From: the human T2T-CHM13v2.0 reference genome, Homo sapiens
Assembly (NCBI RefSeq): GCF_009914755.1
Contig: NC_060935.1
Direction: 5' to 3' (one strand)
DNA: 64,000 nucleotides
Below, piece after piece: positions 31,121 through 53,970 of this stretch. Both the position numbers and the translations under genes were made by a program. Position 1 is the first letter of the stretch; every line of letters begins with the position of its first letter. A model generated the notes under the pieces. The model saw only the letters and a list, made by a program, of their open reading frames with translations. It had not been told where the DNA came from and searched no databases.

Positions 31121-32652
31121 GCAAAAGTAACTGAGGTATTTGCATTGTTGGAATCTGCCGTTTGATACTGGAATACGTTCTTAAATAAATGTGGTTATGT
31201 TTTATACATCATTTTAATGGGCATTTCTCACTTTATTTTTCTTTTGTTAATGACTTATTACTTGCTGTTCATTTCATGTTTTAGACTATGAAAATGATGT
31301 TAGATAAAAATTAAATTCAAGCAATTTTCTTGTTCGAGTTCAAAACGGGTCATAAAGCAGCAGAGATAACTTGCAACATCAACAATGCATTTGGCCCAGG
31401 AACTGCTAATGAACATACAGTGCAGTGCTTGTTCAAGAAGTTTTGCAAAGGAGAAGAGGAAGATGAGGAGTGTAGTGACCAGCCATTAGAAGTTGACAAC
31501 AACCAAGTGGGAGCAATCATCAAAGCTCATCCTTTTACAACTACACGAGAAGGTGCCGAAGAGCTCACCATTGACCATTCTATGGTCATTTGGCATTTGA
31601 AGCAAACTGGAAAGGTGAAAAAGCTCGATAAGTGGATGCCTCATGAGCTGAACCAAAAAAAACAAAAAACAAAAAAAAAAAAACCATCGTTTTGAAGTGT
31701 CATCTTCTCTTACTCTATGCAACAAGGAAACATTTCTCAATTGGATTGTGATGTGCCACAAAAAGTGGATTTTATATGACAACCAGTGACAACCAGCTCA
31801 GGGGTTGGACCAAGAAGCAGCTCCAAAGCGCTTCCCAAAGCCAAACTTGCAACCAAAAAAGGTCATGGTCACTGTTTGGTGGTCTGCTGCCAGTCTGATC
31901 CACTACAGCTTTCTGAATCCTGGCGAAACCATTACATCTCAGAAGTATAGTTGGCAAATCGATGAGATAAACCGAAAACTGCAAGGCCTGCAGCTGGCAT
32001 TGGTCAACAGAAAGGGCCCAATTCTTCTCCATGACAATGCATGTCACACAACCAATGCTTCAAAAGTTGAACAAATTGGGCTACAAAGTGCTGCCTCATC
32101 CACCGTATGCACCCAACCCCTGGTCAACTGACTACCACTTCAAGCATCTCAACAACTTTTTGCAGGGAAAATGCTTCCACAACCAGCAGGATGCAGAAAA
32201 TGCTTTCCAAGAGTTCGTTGAATCTTGAAGCACAGACATTTATGCTACAGGAATAAAGAAACTTATTATTAACTGGCAAAAATGTGTTGATTGTAACGGT
32301 TCCTATTCTGATTAATAAAGATGTGTTTTCATTGTTCAGCTCCCATGGACACAGGTAGGGGAACAATACTTACTGGGGCCTGTTGGGGGATGGTGGGGGT
32401 GGGAGAGCATTACGGAAAAGAGCTGATGCATGCTGGGCTTAATACCTAGGTGATGGGTTGACAGGTGCAGCAAACAACCATGGCACACGTTTACCTATGT
32501 AACAAACCTGCACATCCTGGACATGTACCTCAGAAATTAATATAAAGAATTTTAAAAAAAGTACAAACAGGTGAAAAAAAATGTGTTTGAGCCTAGTTAT
32601 AATGATTTAAAATTCATGGTCCAAAACTGCATTTACTTTTTTACCAACCTAA
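31121..32652 (+). mobile_element. HSMAR1 mariner, near full length, transposase disrupted
   Basis: FEFKTGHKAAEITCNINNAFGPGTANE, WMPHEL, KKVMVTVWW, LLHDNA, HPPYAP; right TIR ...accaacctaa followed by TA; left TIR clipped. Confidence 0.95.
32329..32580 (+). mobile_element. L1PA 3' stub with short 5' inversion, inserted in HSMAR1
   Basis: L1 3'UTR (ggacacagg...gtaacaaacctgcacat), inverted tcattgttcagctccca, TSD core atgtgttt. Confidence 0.85.
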
Positions 32653-33013
32653 TATTTATACAATATATAACAGTACTATTCACCATTAAAAAGGAATGAT
32701 CTATTGATGCATACTACATACATCAAAATAATGATGCTGAGTAAAAGAAGCCAGACCAAAAAAATTACATATTTGATTCCATTCACATAAAATGTAGAAA
32801 ATGCAACCTAATCTATAGTGGCAGAGAAAAGATCAGCAGTCACCTGGGAATGGGTATAGAGGCAGGGTGTTGAGAAGAGGGGAGAGTATCCTTTGTATCC
32901 CTTTTCTTGTACAAAAGAGTACAAGAAACTTTTGGGGATAATAAATTGGTTCATTATTTTGATTGTTGTGATAGTTTCAAAGGTGTCTATACATGTTAAA
33001 AAGTTATTAACTT

Positions 33014-39286
<6,273 letters not shown>

Positions 39287-39455
39287 AGAGCAAGAACTCC
39301 TTTACTCCCTTGAGGATTAACTCAGTTAAGAAAGAGTGGCATTAATCACTGTCAATGACCTAATCATCTCTTAAAGGTCCCACCTCCCAACACCAACACA
39401 TCAGGGGCCAAATTTCTAACACATGAATTCTGAGGAACATACTCAAAGTATAGGA
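39287..39455. mobile_element. MaLR LTR fragment (MLT1A/MST-like)
   Basis: atgacctaatcatctcttaaaggtcccacctc...aacacatgaattctgagg. Confidence 0.75.
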
Positions 39456-40405
39456 AGGGCCAACATCTGAATAGTATAAATCCCAGAAGAGCAAAATGAG
39501 AAAAAGAAGGAAGATTAAAGAAAATTGCCCAGAATTTAAGGACAAAAGCTTCCAGATTAAAAGGGTTTGACACATATTCAGCACAATATATGCAAATACC
39601 CCAATGACATCAGCGGACATCACTATAACATTTCTGAAGACTGGGGTCAAAGGGAAGATCCTACAAGCTTCCACAGAGAAAAGATAAAGTTTTGTGGGAA
39701 GCATAAAGGAATGCAATCATGGATCAATGAAAAAAATTTATCAATTTCATCTATTAAATCAGGACACTAAGGAAGAGAAAAACATTATAATAAGTGCTGA
39801 AAAGCAATTGAAAAATATTTATCAGCCAATACAAATAACAAGCAAAATGGGAACAGAAGAAAACTAGTTCAAGATAATAAAAATTATTTACTAAAGCCAA
39901 ATAAAAAATAATTATCCTAAATAACAAAACACTAACCATTTTTATTAGGATTAAGACAGTGATAATTTTTATCAGATTTTTATTTAACATTGTCTTGGAG
40001 GTTCTGGAGAATACAATATGACAAGAAGATGAAATAAATAAATTGCATAAAAACGGGCAAAAAAGATATAAAACTTTCTTTTGAATTGGTATTATTGCAT
40101 GTCTAGAAAACCCAAGAAACTAATAAAAAACTGAAATTAATAAGAGAATTCGGTAAAATGGATAGGTATTAAATAAGTATGTAAAAGCAATAGTTTTGAT
40201 TTATTATAGCAAAAAAGCAACTGAAAATGGAAACAGAAAAATACTTCACTCACAATATCAGTATAAACTATAACATGCTAAAGAATACATCTAATAAACC
40301 AAAAAACTTGTAAGAAAACCTTAAAAGCTACTGAAAGGCACACAAAAAATTGAAAACTGGATGTTATTAGATGGGAAGACTTATAAGAAAATATTAAATT
40401 TTCAG

Positions 40406-40730
<325 letters not shown>

Positions 40731-41465
40731 TTAACATATAAATGGAATGCAATTCCAAATGGTTTGCACTCTCAATTCCAGTGGATTTTTTTTTCGGGGA
40801 ACTGAACAGTATTGTCTTAATGTTTATATTAAATAATCAATGCCCAGGAATGGCTTAAAAAGTACAAAAAAAAAAAATCAATGTAGGATAATTTGCTTTT
40901 GGAACATAATGTCCTTTTATCAAATAAATATGGTATTCGTTTAGAAATAAATATCCATGGATTAGAATAACAATCCAGAAATAAATCCCAGTATGTATAA
41001 AAATCCAATACATGACAAATATTATAGTTCAATTTAGTAGGAAAATGACAAATTATTTAATAAATTTTGCCAGAATAACTGGCCATTCTTTCAGAAGAAA
41101 ATAAAACTGGATATTTCTAATATACTGTATAGTTATAAATTCCAGCTGCAATAAGAATCTTGCAAGAAAATTTAGACAACATATATATCTTGATGAAGAA
41201 AATGTTCTAAACAGACTGAAAATATAGAGGTTATTAAAAAAAAGGCTAGCCAAAATGAGCAAATATAATTAAAAGTTTTTCTATGGCAAAAGTTAAAACA
41301 CAAAGTCAACAGATAAATAATGTATTTGGGAAAAAATTGTAAAGGGCAATATCTAAACTAAAGTGCTCTTACAAAATGTCAAGAAAAAGTTAACCCAAAA
41401 GAAAAAAAGGCAAAAAGTATACATAAGCAAGTCAAAGAAAAATAGAAAAGCCAAACAAGCATGCT

Positions 41466-41791
<326 letters not shown>

Positions 41792-42517
41792 TAAACATGC
41801 ATTTAAAATAATGCTCAAATTCAATTAATACTGCAGGGACTACAAATTGAAGTAACAATAACATAAGTTAGTTGACTGATTCCTGCATCCATTCACTCAA
41901 CAAATATTTACTGAAACTTTTCATGGGTGAGGCCCTATTTCAGGTGCTGGGGATCAGAAGCAAACCAAACAAGTTCTTTATATGTACTTTTACCACCTTT
42001 TTTGCCCATATAACAAACAACATTTACAAGAGCAACTGAATCTGTTGTTGGTAAGGATATGGGAAAGGAGATACTCTGAAAAACTGCTGGTGGAGATATG
42101 AAACATAGCCCTTTGGACAGCAACCTGCCAATACTTATTAACTACAGGTATCAGTAAATAAAGACGTATATACAAGGATGTTTGTTGAAATTTTGTTCAA
42201 AGGGGAAAAAAGCTGGCCTGCACCATGAAATATTAAGTAATAATTAAAAAGAATGTCTGAAAGCCTCGCTCCTAAACTGTGGAGTAAGTCATCCTAGGTG
42301 CTATGTGGAAATGTCAAGAGTGATGTCATATATTTTTAATTTTCAGGGGAAACACAGCATTTTTGAATGTATATTGACACTGAATCTCTTGATATTATAT
42401 GCTTGAAGTAATTCGGTTTCAACATTAGATCATGCCACATTACTATTAATGATATTGTGTCTTTGCAAAGCTGGGTATTGAGTGGTTGCTGTGATTAAAA
42501 AGTACACACTATGCTAA

Positions 42518-42832
<315 letters not shown>

Positions 42833-43428
42833 CTAAAAGATAGAAATGGTGGTGGTGCAGCCAGTCTAATACCAAAGTCTGAGCAGCTGTGTAGTACCCA
42901 ACAGGAGCACGTATACCATTAGTAAGCAGTTGTAGTTATTTTTAAATGAAATAAAAATATTACTATTTTTGAAAAAATTTAAGTGTATATTTTTTCCCAA
43001 ATAGCTATTAAGTTGTAGGAATATAATACACATTACTTGGCCTGAAAGATTTACTAAATGAAGCTGTCAGGTATTTGGTTTGGCCCAGGGGGCACCAAGA
43101 AAATATTGCTGAGATACTAAGGACTCATTGTGAACTCAGAAAATTTGGGAACCTCTTAAACCTGCAGCCCAAGAAGTAAAAAATAATAGAACAAGTGAAA
43201 AACTTAGATGAATGGAAATAATAAAGATAGAAAAGAAATTAATTAGACAGAAAGCAAAGATACAAAGGCAAAGAGTTTATAGACTAATAAAATGGACAAA
43301 ACTAATTTTAAAAAAGAAAAAAGCCACTAATCAGTAGACATGTTCTTAGGAAATAATTACCAAAATGAACTCAAGAAAAGCTGAAAACCTGAAGAGACTA
43401 TAATTAGAAATTAAAAATATTCTCCCAA

Positions 43429-43742
43429 AGGCTGGATGTGGTGGCTCATGCCTGTAATCCCAGCACTTTGGGAGGCCAAGGTGGGAGAGTTGCTTGAGAG
43501 TTCAAAACCAGCCTGAGCAATAAAGCGAGACCCTGTCTCTACAAAAAAATAAAAAAATAAATTAGCTGTGCATGGTGGCGCATGCCTGTGGTCCCAGCTA
43601 CACAGGAGAGTGAGGTGGGAGGATCACTTGAGCCCATAAGTTTGAGGCTGCAGTAAGCTATGATTCCCACCCCTGCGTGCCAGCCCCAGCCTGGGCAATG
43701 GAGCAAGACCCTGTCTCTTCAGTAAAAATAAAAAAAAAAAAA
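43429..43742 (+). mobile_element. AluJ
   Basis: Dimer, TSD-like att(a/c)tcccaaag flanks. Confidence 0.92.
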
Positions 43743-44479
43743 TTATCCCAAAGAAAACATTAGGTTAAGGTGGCTTTACTGGTGAGTTTTAACAAACTTT
43801 CAAGGAACACACGATTTCACTCTAACATAAAGTGTTTCAGAGAAGAGATACAGAGGAATACTCCCTATTTCATTTTTTGACGTTAGTATAACTTAGCTCC
43901 AATACCAGCCAAGGAGTATTTGAGAAATTATAAACTGATTTCAATCATAAAAATAATTGCACATTAAGAATGAGATAGAGCTGTACAAAAAGCATTTCAT
44001 AAAACTGACACCTATTATGACAAAAACTCTTAAACCAGGAATGGAAATGGACTTAATAACCTGATAGCAAATATCTACCAAAACTTCTAGCACAGATAAA
44101 GCTTAATGATTAAACTTTAAAAGAAAGGCACTTACTGTCACTTCTATTTAATGTTATACTATAGGTCCTTGCCAGAAAATAAGAAAGAAAAAAAATATAT
44201 ATATAACGTTTAGAAAGTGAGGTAAAAACCATTCCTATTACTGGATGATATGATTGCCAACATAGAAAACAGAAAAGAATATGTGGCAAATTACTAAAAT
44301 TAAGGAAGTTTGCAATATTAATAGATAAGTTTACTGTATTTCTATATATTTTAAAAAAAGCAATTAGAAAATGCAATTTTAAAAGACAGCATTTACAGTA
44401 ACAACAACAAAACAGGGCACCTAACAATAAATTTAACAAAATATGTATGAGACCTTCATGGAGAAAAATCATACATGTA

Positions 44480-44748
44480 TTTTTTGAGGCAGGGTCTCGT
44501 ACTGTCACCTGGGCTGGAGTGCGGTGGCACAATCACGGCTCACTGCACCCTCGAGTGGGCTCAAGTGATTCTCCCATCTCAGCCTCTCATGTAGCTGGGG
44601 CTACAGGTGTGTGCTACCATGGCTGGCTGATTTTTGTATTTTTTGTGAGACAGGGTTTCGCCATGTTGTCCAAGCTGGGCTCAAGCAATCTTCCTGCCTA
44701 GGCCTCCCAAGGTGCTGGGACTACAGGCATGAGCTACTGTGCCCAGCC
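44480..44748 (-). mobile_element. AluJ
   Basis: Reverse dimer with internal deletions. Confidence 0.9.
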
Positions 44749-45033
44749 CATACAGTGTTATGAAAGACATTAAAGATCTAGATGTACAATACTATGTTTA
44801 TAGATACGAAAACTTGCAAAATGTCAATTCTTCCTACATTAATCTATGGATTCAATGTAATCTTAATTTAAGTTCCAGTAGAGGCTCTCATGGAAGTGAA
44901 TAAGGTTATTCTAAAATGATATGGAAACACAAGGGGAAAGAATACAGAAGACATTTCTTAGGAAGATACAGCATGGGGGCTTGCCCTGGTAGATATTAAA
45001 ATTTATTATAAAACTTTAATTAAGACTATGTGA

Positions 45034-45297
45034 TGGGCAACATGGTAAAATCCTGTCTCTACTAAAAATACAAAAAATTAGCCAGGCATGGTGGCGTGCA
45101 CCTGTAGACCCAGCTACCAGGGAGGTTGAGGTGAGAGGATCACCTGAGCCCAGGAGGCAGAGGCTACAGTGAGCCATGGTCACATCACTGCACTGAAGCC
45201 TGGGCGACAGAGTAAGAGAGTAAGACCCTGTCTCAAAAAAAACAAAGAAAGAAAGGAAGAAAGGAAGAAAGAAAGAAAAGAAAAGAAAGAGAGAGAG

Positions 45298-45344
<47 letters not shown>

Positions 45345-45382
45345 AGGAAGGAACGAAGGAAGGAAAGAAGGAAAAAGAAAGA

Positions 45383-45416
<34 letters not shown>

Positions 45417-45425
45417 GAAAGAAAG
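45034..45425 (+). mobile_element. 5'-truncated Alu with expanded (GAAA)n/(GAAG)n tail (45241-45425)
   Basis: Alu starts at ggcaacatgg; flanks aagactatgtgatg / aagattgtgatg. Confidence 0.9.
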
Positions 45426-46964
45426 ATTGTGATGCTCTTACATAAATAGGCGAATGAACTGAATAGAAATCCTGAATGGAGTCACATATTTATAGAAATC
45501 TGATATATAAAAAAGGGGTTATTGCAAATCAGTGGTGAAAAGACACAGTATGAAATAAATTCTTCTGGGGCAATTGGTTATTCATTTGCAAAAAATTAAC
45601 TGGATCTCTACCTCACACAATTCACAAAAATCAATTTCAGATAGATTAAGGACTTAAATAGGAAAGGTAAAATAACTAAACATTTTAAGAGAGTATGAGA
45701 ATATTTTTATGGCCTCATGATAGTGAAGGATTTCTTACACAAGACACAAAAAGTGTCAAAACATCAAGGAAATGATTAACGAAGTTGATGACATTAAAAT
45801 TACAAACATATTTGCCAAAAGACATCAGAAAGACAGAGAAAAGACAACCACAAACTAGGAAGAAATACCAGCTGCATGTATAAGTATCAAAGGACTGGTA
45901 TTCAGAACATACTAAAAACTCCCATAAATCAATGAGAAAAAAAAGAAACAATGCGAAAGAAAAAAGGGCAAAAGAAGCAAAAGGCATTTCCTTACACAGA
46001 AAACATGCAAAGCCAATGAACATGAAAAATTGTTCCACTTATTAGTCATCAGGGAAATGCAAATGATAATTACAATGATATGTCCTTTTATAATCACTGG
46101 ACTGGTAGAATTTAAGAATTCAGAATTTTTAATACTAAAAGTTGGCAAGGATGTGAGGCAATAGAAACTCTCATATATTGCTGTCAGAGTATAAATTTGT
46201 AATACCATTTTGGAAAATAATTTGTTATAATCTAACACAGCTGAAGTTGCACATACTCTTGACTCTGATTTCATTCCTATGTATTTATCCAAGAGAAGCT
46301 CTTGCACAAGTGCATCAGGAGACATCTATTAGGAATGGTCATTACAACACTGTGTTTAGTTACAACACCGTTTTCATTGCCAGGGCAATGAAATATCCTT
46401 CAATAGCAGAATGGGCTTAAACATCAGTGAAAATAAATAAGCCGTAACTACATGAAGCAACATGTATGAATATCATAAGCTGCTGCTCAATGAATACTTA
46501 TTTTATCAGTGAATAAACAGGATGATTCCAATCACAAGAAGGTCAAAATCAGGCAAAACTAAACTGAATTATATTTTAAGAGTACATCCTTATTGGGTAA
46601 AACTGTAGGAAAAAGCAAAGAAATGATTAAACCAAATTCAGGACAGTGGTTCTAAAGGAGAGGAAGAGTGAAAGCAGTTGCAGTATAGCTCTGAAGGACT
46701 TCAATGTTCATGTTCTATTTCTTAAACTGGGTGGTGGGCACACAGATATATTTTACTATTGTTCTTTAAACATAACATATATTAATAAATACTACAGATT
46801 TCATTTCACAGGTCATACAATGACTACTAGAAAACAATACCAAGTTGAGATGCAGAATGGGTAGTGATTAGCAAGGTTTACACACTCGTGTTTGACTAGC
46901 AAAAACACACATTACTACATATTATGGATATTTTCAAATAGTCAAACACATATAATATCAAATT

Positions 46965-48790
<1,826 letters not shown>

Positions 48791-48833
48791 GGGAAAAAAA
48801 TGCCAAATCTACAACTGCTGACAGGCTATTATA

Positions 48834-49153
<320 letters not shown>

Positions 49154-50085
49154 TATGTTTCTATTAACAAACACTTATATATGTATAACAAACACTTAAT
49201 ACAATTTGATATAACTAGGTAAGATACTATTTTAAATTCTACTTGCAAAAGCAATTATCCAGAATATTTGGAAATTACTGTGAGTCTTTTCTATACACTT
49301 AGACAGATATAACTGGGATAAGTATAATAAAGACTTGCAGAAAATAAAGAGTATTACTTAAGGAATTTCCTAACCTGTAACAAAAGTTGTTTTAGGAGAA
49401 ATGAAACTTAAGGACTGGAATCTAGAATTAGTTATTTGATCTAATTAGATTGAAAAGCATTAATAAGTTTTTTGCCAGCGGTTAATGAGAAACTGGTAGT
49501 CCATGGCATGCAATGGCAAAACAATTAATTAAATAAATTATCACCTATGGACAACTATAATCAAGTGCCTATAGATAACCAAATAGTTACTGCCATAAAA
49601 TATTTTAGTTCAAATAAGAACAATGGGGTTAGTCCATTGTTTTAAAGTGTGCTAGAGAATTTGGAGAAAGATCACAATGAGCTCAGGCTTTAGATTCCTA
49701 TCACGAGTTTCAGGTAAGGGAACAGAAAAATGTCTATGACCGCTCTAAAAGATAAATCAAGTAAGATATAGCAGCTGCAGTGCTGAGATGTCTAAATATA
49801 ATATACAAAGTCTAATCTTTTAGCTGACTCAGCTAACAAGACACACTGAGTTCACAACCTCACAGGTCTTTTAGGTTAAATTAGATGCTGATGGGGAAGA
49901 AGGGTGTGGTGACTATATACTGTCAATTTAGCTAAGCTGGTACTACATTACCTCTAGTTCCTTTCTCTGTATGGTGCTGTTAGTGTCACTTTGTGATTGG
50001 AAGGTGGAAGTGAAGCGGCATCTATGCTTATGCTCAGAGGTCAATGTAGGGTCAGGTACTCTTGCAGCTTGCTCATACTGTCACT

Positions 50086-50855
50086 AACCAAAAAGATGCT
50101 CAACACCACTCCCGTTAGGGAGATGCAAATCAAAACCACAATGTGATATCCGGTTCACATACATTAGGATGGCTACTATTAAAAAAAAAAATCAAGCGTT
50201 GGTGAGGATATGGAGAAACTGAAACCCTTGTGCTGGTGGGAATGTAAAATGATGCAGCTACTACGCAAGACAGTATAACAGTTCCTCAAAAAATTAAAAG
50301 GATAATTACCATAAGATCCAGCAATTCTACTTTTGGCTGTATACTCAGAATAACTGAAAGCAGGAGCTTGAAGAGATGTTTGCATACTCATGTTCATAGC
50401 AGCATTATTTACAATAAGCAAAAGGTGACAGCAACCCAAAGTGTCCACTGACAGATGAACGGGTAAACAAAACATGGTATATACATACAATGGAATATTA
50501 TTTAGCCTTAAAAAGGAAGGAAATTCCGACACATGCTACAATATTATGTTAAATCAGCAAGTCACAAAAGAACAAATACTGTATGATTTCATTTATATTA
50601 AGTACTTAGGGTAGCCAAATTCATAGACACACAAGGTAGCATGGTGGTTGCCAGGAGCTGGGGGCAGGGGGAAACGGGAGTTATCGTTTAATAGATAGGA
50701 AGTTTCAGTTTGGGAAGATGGAAAAAGTTATGGAGATGTATGGTGGTGACATTTGCACAACAATATAAATATACGTAATGCCACTAAGCTGTATACTTAA
50801 GGATGGTTAAAATAGTAAGTTTAATGTTATATATATTTAACCACAGTTTTTAAAA
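50086..50855 (+). mobile_element. L1MB-type 3' end
   Basis: atgcaaatcaaaaccacaatg...ggatggttaaaatagtaag. Confidence 0.85.
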
Positions 50856-52844
50856 ATCCAACTAGAGTTCATTGATTCTTTAAGTACTTCTGTACTTTCT
50901 GAAATAAAAAGATGTTCAAGCCCTTCTTATATTTTCCTTGCCCTACTCCTGCTGCTAGCCATTTCTTCAAGAATTCTTAGTTCCTTTTAGTAGACTCATA
51001 TTTAGAAACCAAGATCTGGACACTAGACATGCTCATTGCTATAGGGTGTCTCTGTTGCCAGACTCTCTCAGAACAGAGCCAGGAAATATATGTATGCATT
51101 CCTAACTCCTCCCCTCATATACACATAGACGTATACCCACATTTCCAACTGTTATTTTAGTATTTATAAAAAGATAAGCATCATTAGCTTAAATTCATCC
51201 AAAACCATATGATTCATTCTAGCTTTCTCCTTTTCCATATTTGTACTCACTTCTATATCTGTGAAAAACTTGGCTACCATTACCCTCAATAGATTTACTT
51301 ATTTGCTTTGTCTTCTGAGGATAAACAATATCCTGACTTCACTAGGCCACCTATACTACCTCATTTAAACTCAATGTTTATAAGCATAAGGCCCAGCTTC
51401 TATTTGGCTGCCATTACTTCTCTCCCTGAGCCTGTTTAATGGTGCCTGGACAAGGAAAGAAAGAAGGAAAGAAGGGAGGGAAGGAGAAAGGAAAGGCAAG
51501 AGAAAAGAAGAAGGAATGGGAGGGGGGAGAAGAAAGGTAGAAAGCACAATTTCTAAAAAATTTTACTTTTTAGTTGTTTTTTGCTGATGAAAATAAATGC
51601 TATTGATTTTTATAGGCTAATCTTATATTTGAAAACCTAACTGAGTCATCTTATTAGTAAAAATAGTTTGTTCTCATACATTTTCTAGGTAGAGGATCAG
51701 AAATCTGATTTTCTATCTAAAAATAATGACAGCTACTGACACACTAATAACATTGTTAATAGTGTAATAGTAAGCATCTTTGTCTTGCTCTAATTTTAAA
51801 GGAATGCATATAAAGTTTCTTCATTAACTACAAGGGTTGCTGTAGGTTTTACCAAACATGGAAGCTCTTTTCTAATAACAGCTTCTAAGAACTTTTAAAT
51901 AAATAGCATTAAACTTTATTAAATGCCTTTTCTTAACTGACTGAGATAATCATAATTCTTTTCCTTTAATCTATTAATGGGGTGCATTACACTGAAAGAA
52001 TCCTAGGTTAAACTCCACTATATTATGACGCTTTACTTTTTTAATGCACTACTGGATTAGATTAGCCAATATTTTTCTTAAGAGTTCTGCATTTACATTC
52101 ATAAGAAAAAGGGGCTTTTTTTTCCTTTCTTTATATTGTATCTATCTGATTTTGGAATCAGAGTTACTCGAGATTCACGTTTTATTAAAAACATAATGCT
52201 GACTGACAAAAGACAAAAACAATGAAATACATAATACACCATTTACATAAATTAAAATACACATGTAGTAAACAATATACATTTTTCAAGGACACCTGCA
52301 TAGAAAATAATATATTGAACACATTAAAATATCCACAATGTATACATACTTCAAAACATCATGTTGCACATGATAAATATACAACTTTATCTGTCAATTA
52401 AAAAAGCACATTTAAATGCTTGAGGGAGATTGGGAGCATAATGCTGATAAAAATAAACAAATAAATAAAATAAGGAAGGGACCTTGCAGGGACCAAAGAT
52501 GATACTGTGTTATGAACTGGAGAACCAGGAATGCTTCTCGTAAGCAGGGATTAAAAAAAAAAAAGTGTCCTGAGATCATGAAATTCAGAGGAGGAGACAC
52601 TTTAGAGGGCATTTAGTCCAATCTCCCTGACAATGTAGAAATCCTTTACAGCTTTCCTGACAAATGACTATAAGAGTGTTTGATGGTACACTGTATGAGA
52701 TGAGGATGGCATTTCTACAAAGCTGCCCATTTCACTGTTGAAAAGTTTCAAATGTTAGCTCTGATCTCCCCCCTTCCCAAACTTAACAAATCAGAACATC
52801 TGATGATGGGGCTCAGAAATGAACATGAAAAAGTTTTAAAATGA

Positions 52845-53125
52845 CTACTGCAGATAATAGGACACTGATATTTCAACTCTAGGTATATATCAAATTTACT
52901 TGTGGGACATTAAAAAATACAGATGTGTAAGCTTCAGCTATGATGATTGTAACTCAGCAGTATGAACATTTGCACTTTAAATATATCGATGACACTCCTG
53001 TCCACTGGCACAATATTGACCAGCTGTATGTAAACTTTAAGTTTACTTTCAAGCTAGGTCATGAATTATCAACATGTCCGTCAACATTCTCTAACCTAGA
53101 GATTACTGTGCACAAAGACATAAAG
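52845..53125 (+). mobile_element. Penelope-like retroelement reverse-transcriptase relic
   Basis: LQIIG/T, SNLLVGH, KYIDDTPVHW, FKFT..HELS and NLEITV occur in the order of PLE RT motifs. Confidence 0.5.
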
Positions 53126-53261
53126 GTGAATAGAGCTTGGCTCGGGTTGATGATTAGATTATAGCCAAGAAAGGGGCAAAAGCTACTGGCCTGTGAAGGG
53201 ACAGAAACTCAGTATAGGGACTAAAATTCTAACCAGCTGAAGTAAGCAGCTACTTACAACA

Positions 53262-53970
53262 CATTCATTTATTCATTTATTAATTCATCAAATTTTTAGT
53301 GAGAGACTACTCCATGCCAGACAAAATGGGAAATATACATGTCAACAGGCAATATCATTATATGTGGTTAAGTGCTACTGCAGGATCATGGTGGATAGTA
53401 TAGGGGAAGTACAAGATGAAGTAGAGGCACAGAGTTGCTACCAATCCAGGCTTCATGGGCTGAGGAAGGCTTCCAGAAAGAAATGACATCCAAGCTGAAA
53501 TTAAAGGATGAGTAGGAGTTGGCCAAGGGAAAGGAAAGATTGAGGGAGCAGGGAGGAGAAAGGAAAGGAGGAAGAAACAGTGTTCCAAACAAAGGCAATA
53601 GATGTGTAAGGCCTGGGGACTGACAGCAGTGAACGATGAGACTGTAGATATAGGCAGGGGCCAAGATAAGATCAGAATTTACTATGAAGGCAAAGGATTT
53701 TAAATTGTGAAGTGAAAAGATACAACTTGAAATATACGAGTATCACTTTGGGGAAATGGAGAACAGTTATATTATAGAAATGGGTCAGGATGGAGGTAGG
53801 GTAACCAGTTAAGAAGTTGGTGCGGTAGCAGAATTTAGGAGATGAATTTAGGCTTGAGATTTGGAAGGCAGAAGCAAGAGATGGTAATGCAGATGAGTAA
53901 GACTGCCTAGGGAGAATTTTAGACTGAGAGAAGATCTAAAGATGGATCTAAAGAGGCAAATGAAAATACC
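53262..53970 (-). mobile_element. L2
   Basis: cattcatttattcatt L2 3' end and diverged body. Confidence 0.8.

Larger units (their letters stand above)
28850..33013 (+). mobile_element. Old L1M (ORF2 to 3'UTR) hosting HSMAR1 and an Alu monomer (~29850-29985)
   Basis: ORF 29073-29396 is L1 ORF2-like (MRKYLKMNKNE...INETRNWFSEK). Confidence 0.85.

Noticed and set aside
31288-32313. SETMAR gene
   Set aside because: The transposase is fragmented, flanked by TIRs inside an L1, and has no SET-domain exons.
45169-45432. Lys/Glu/Arg-rich ORF
   Set aside because: Translation of a (GAAA)n microsatellite.
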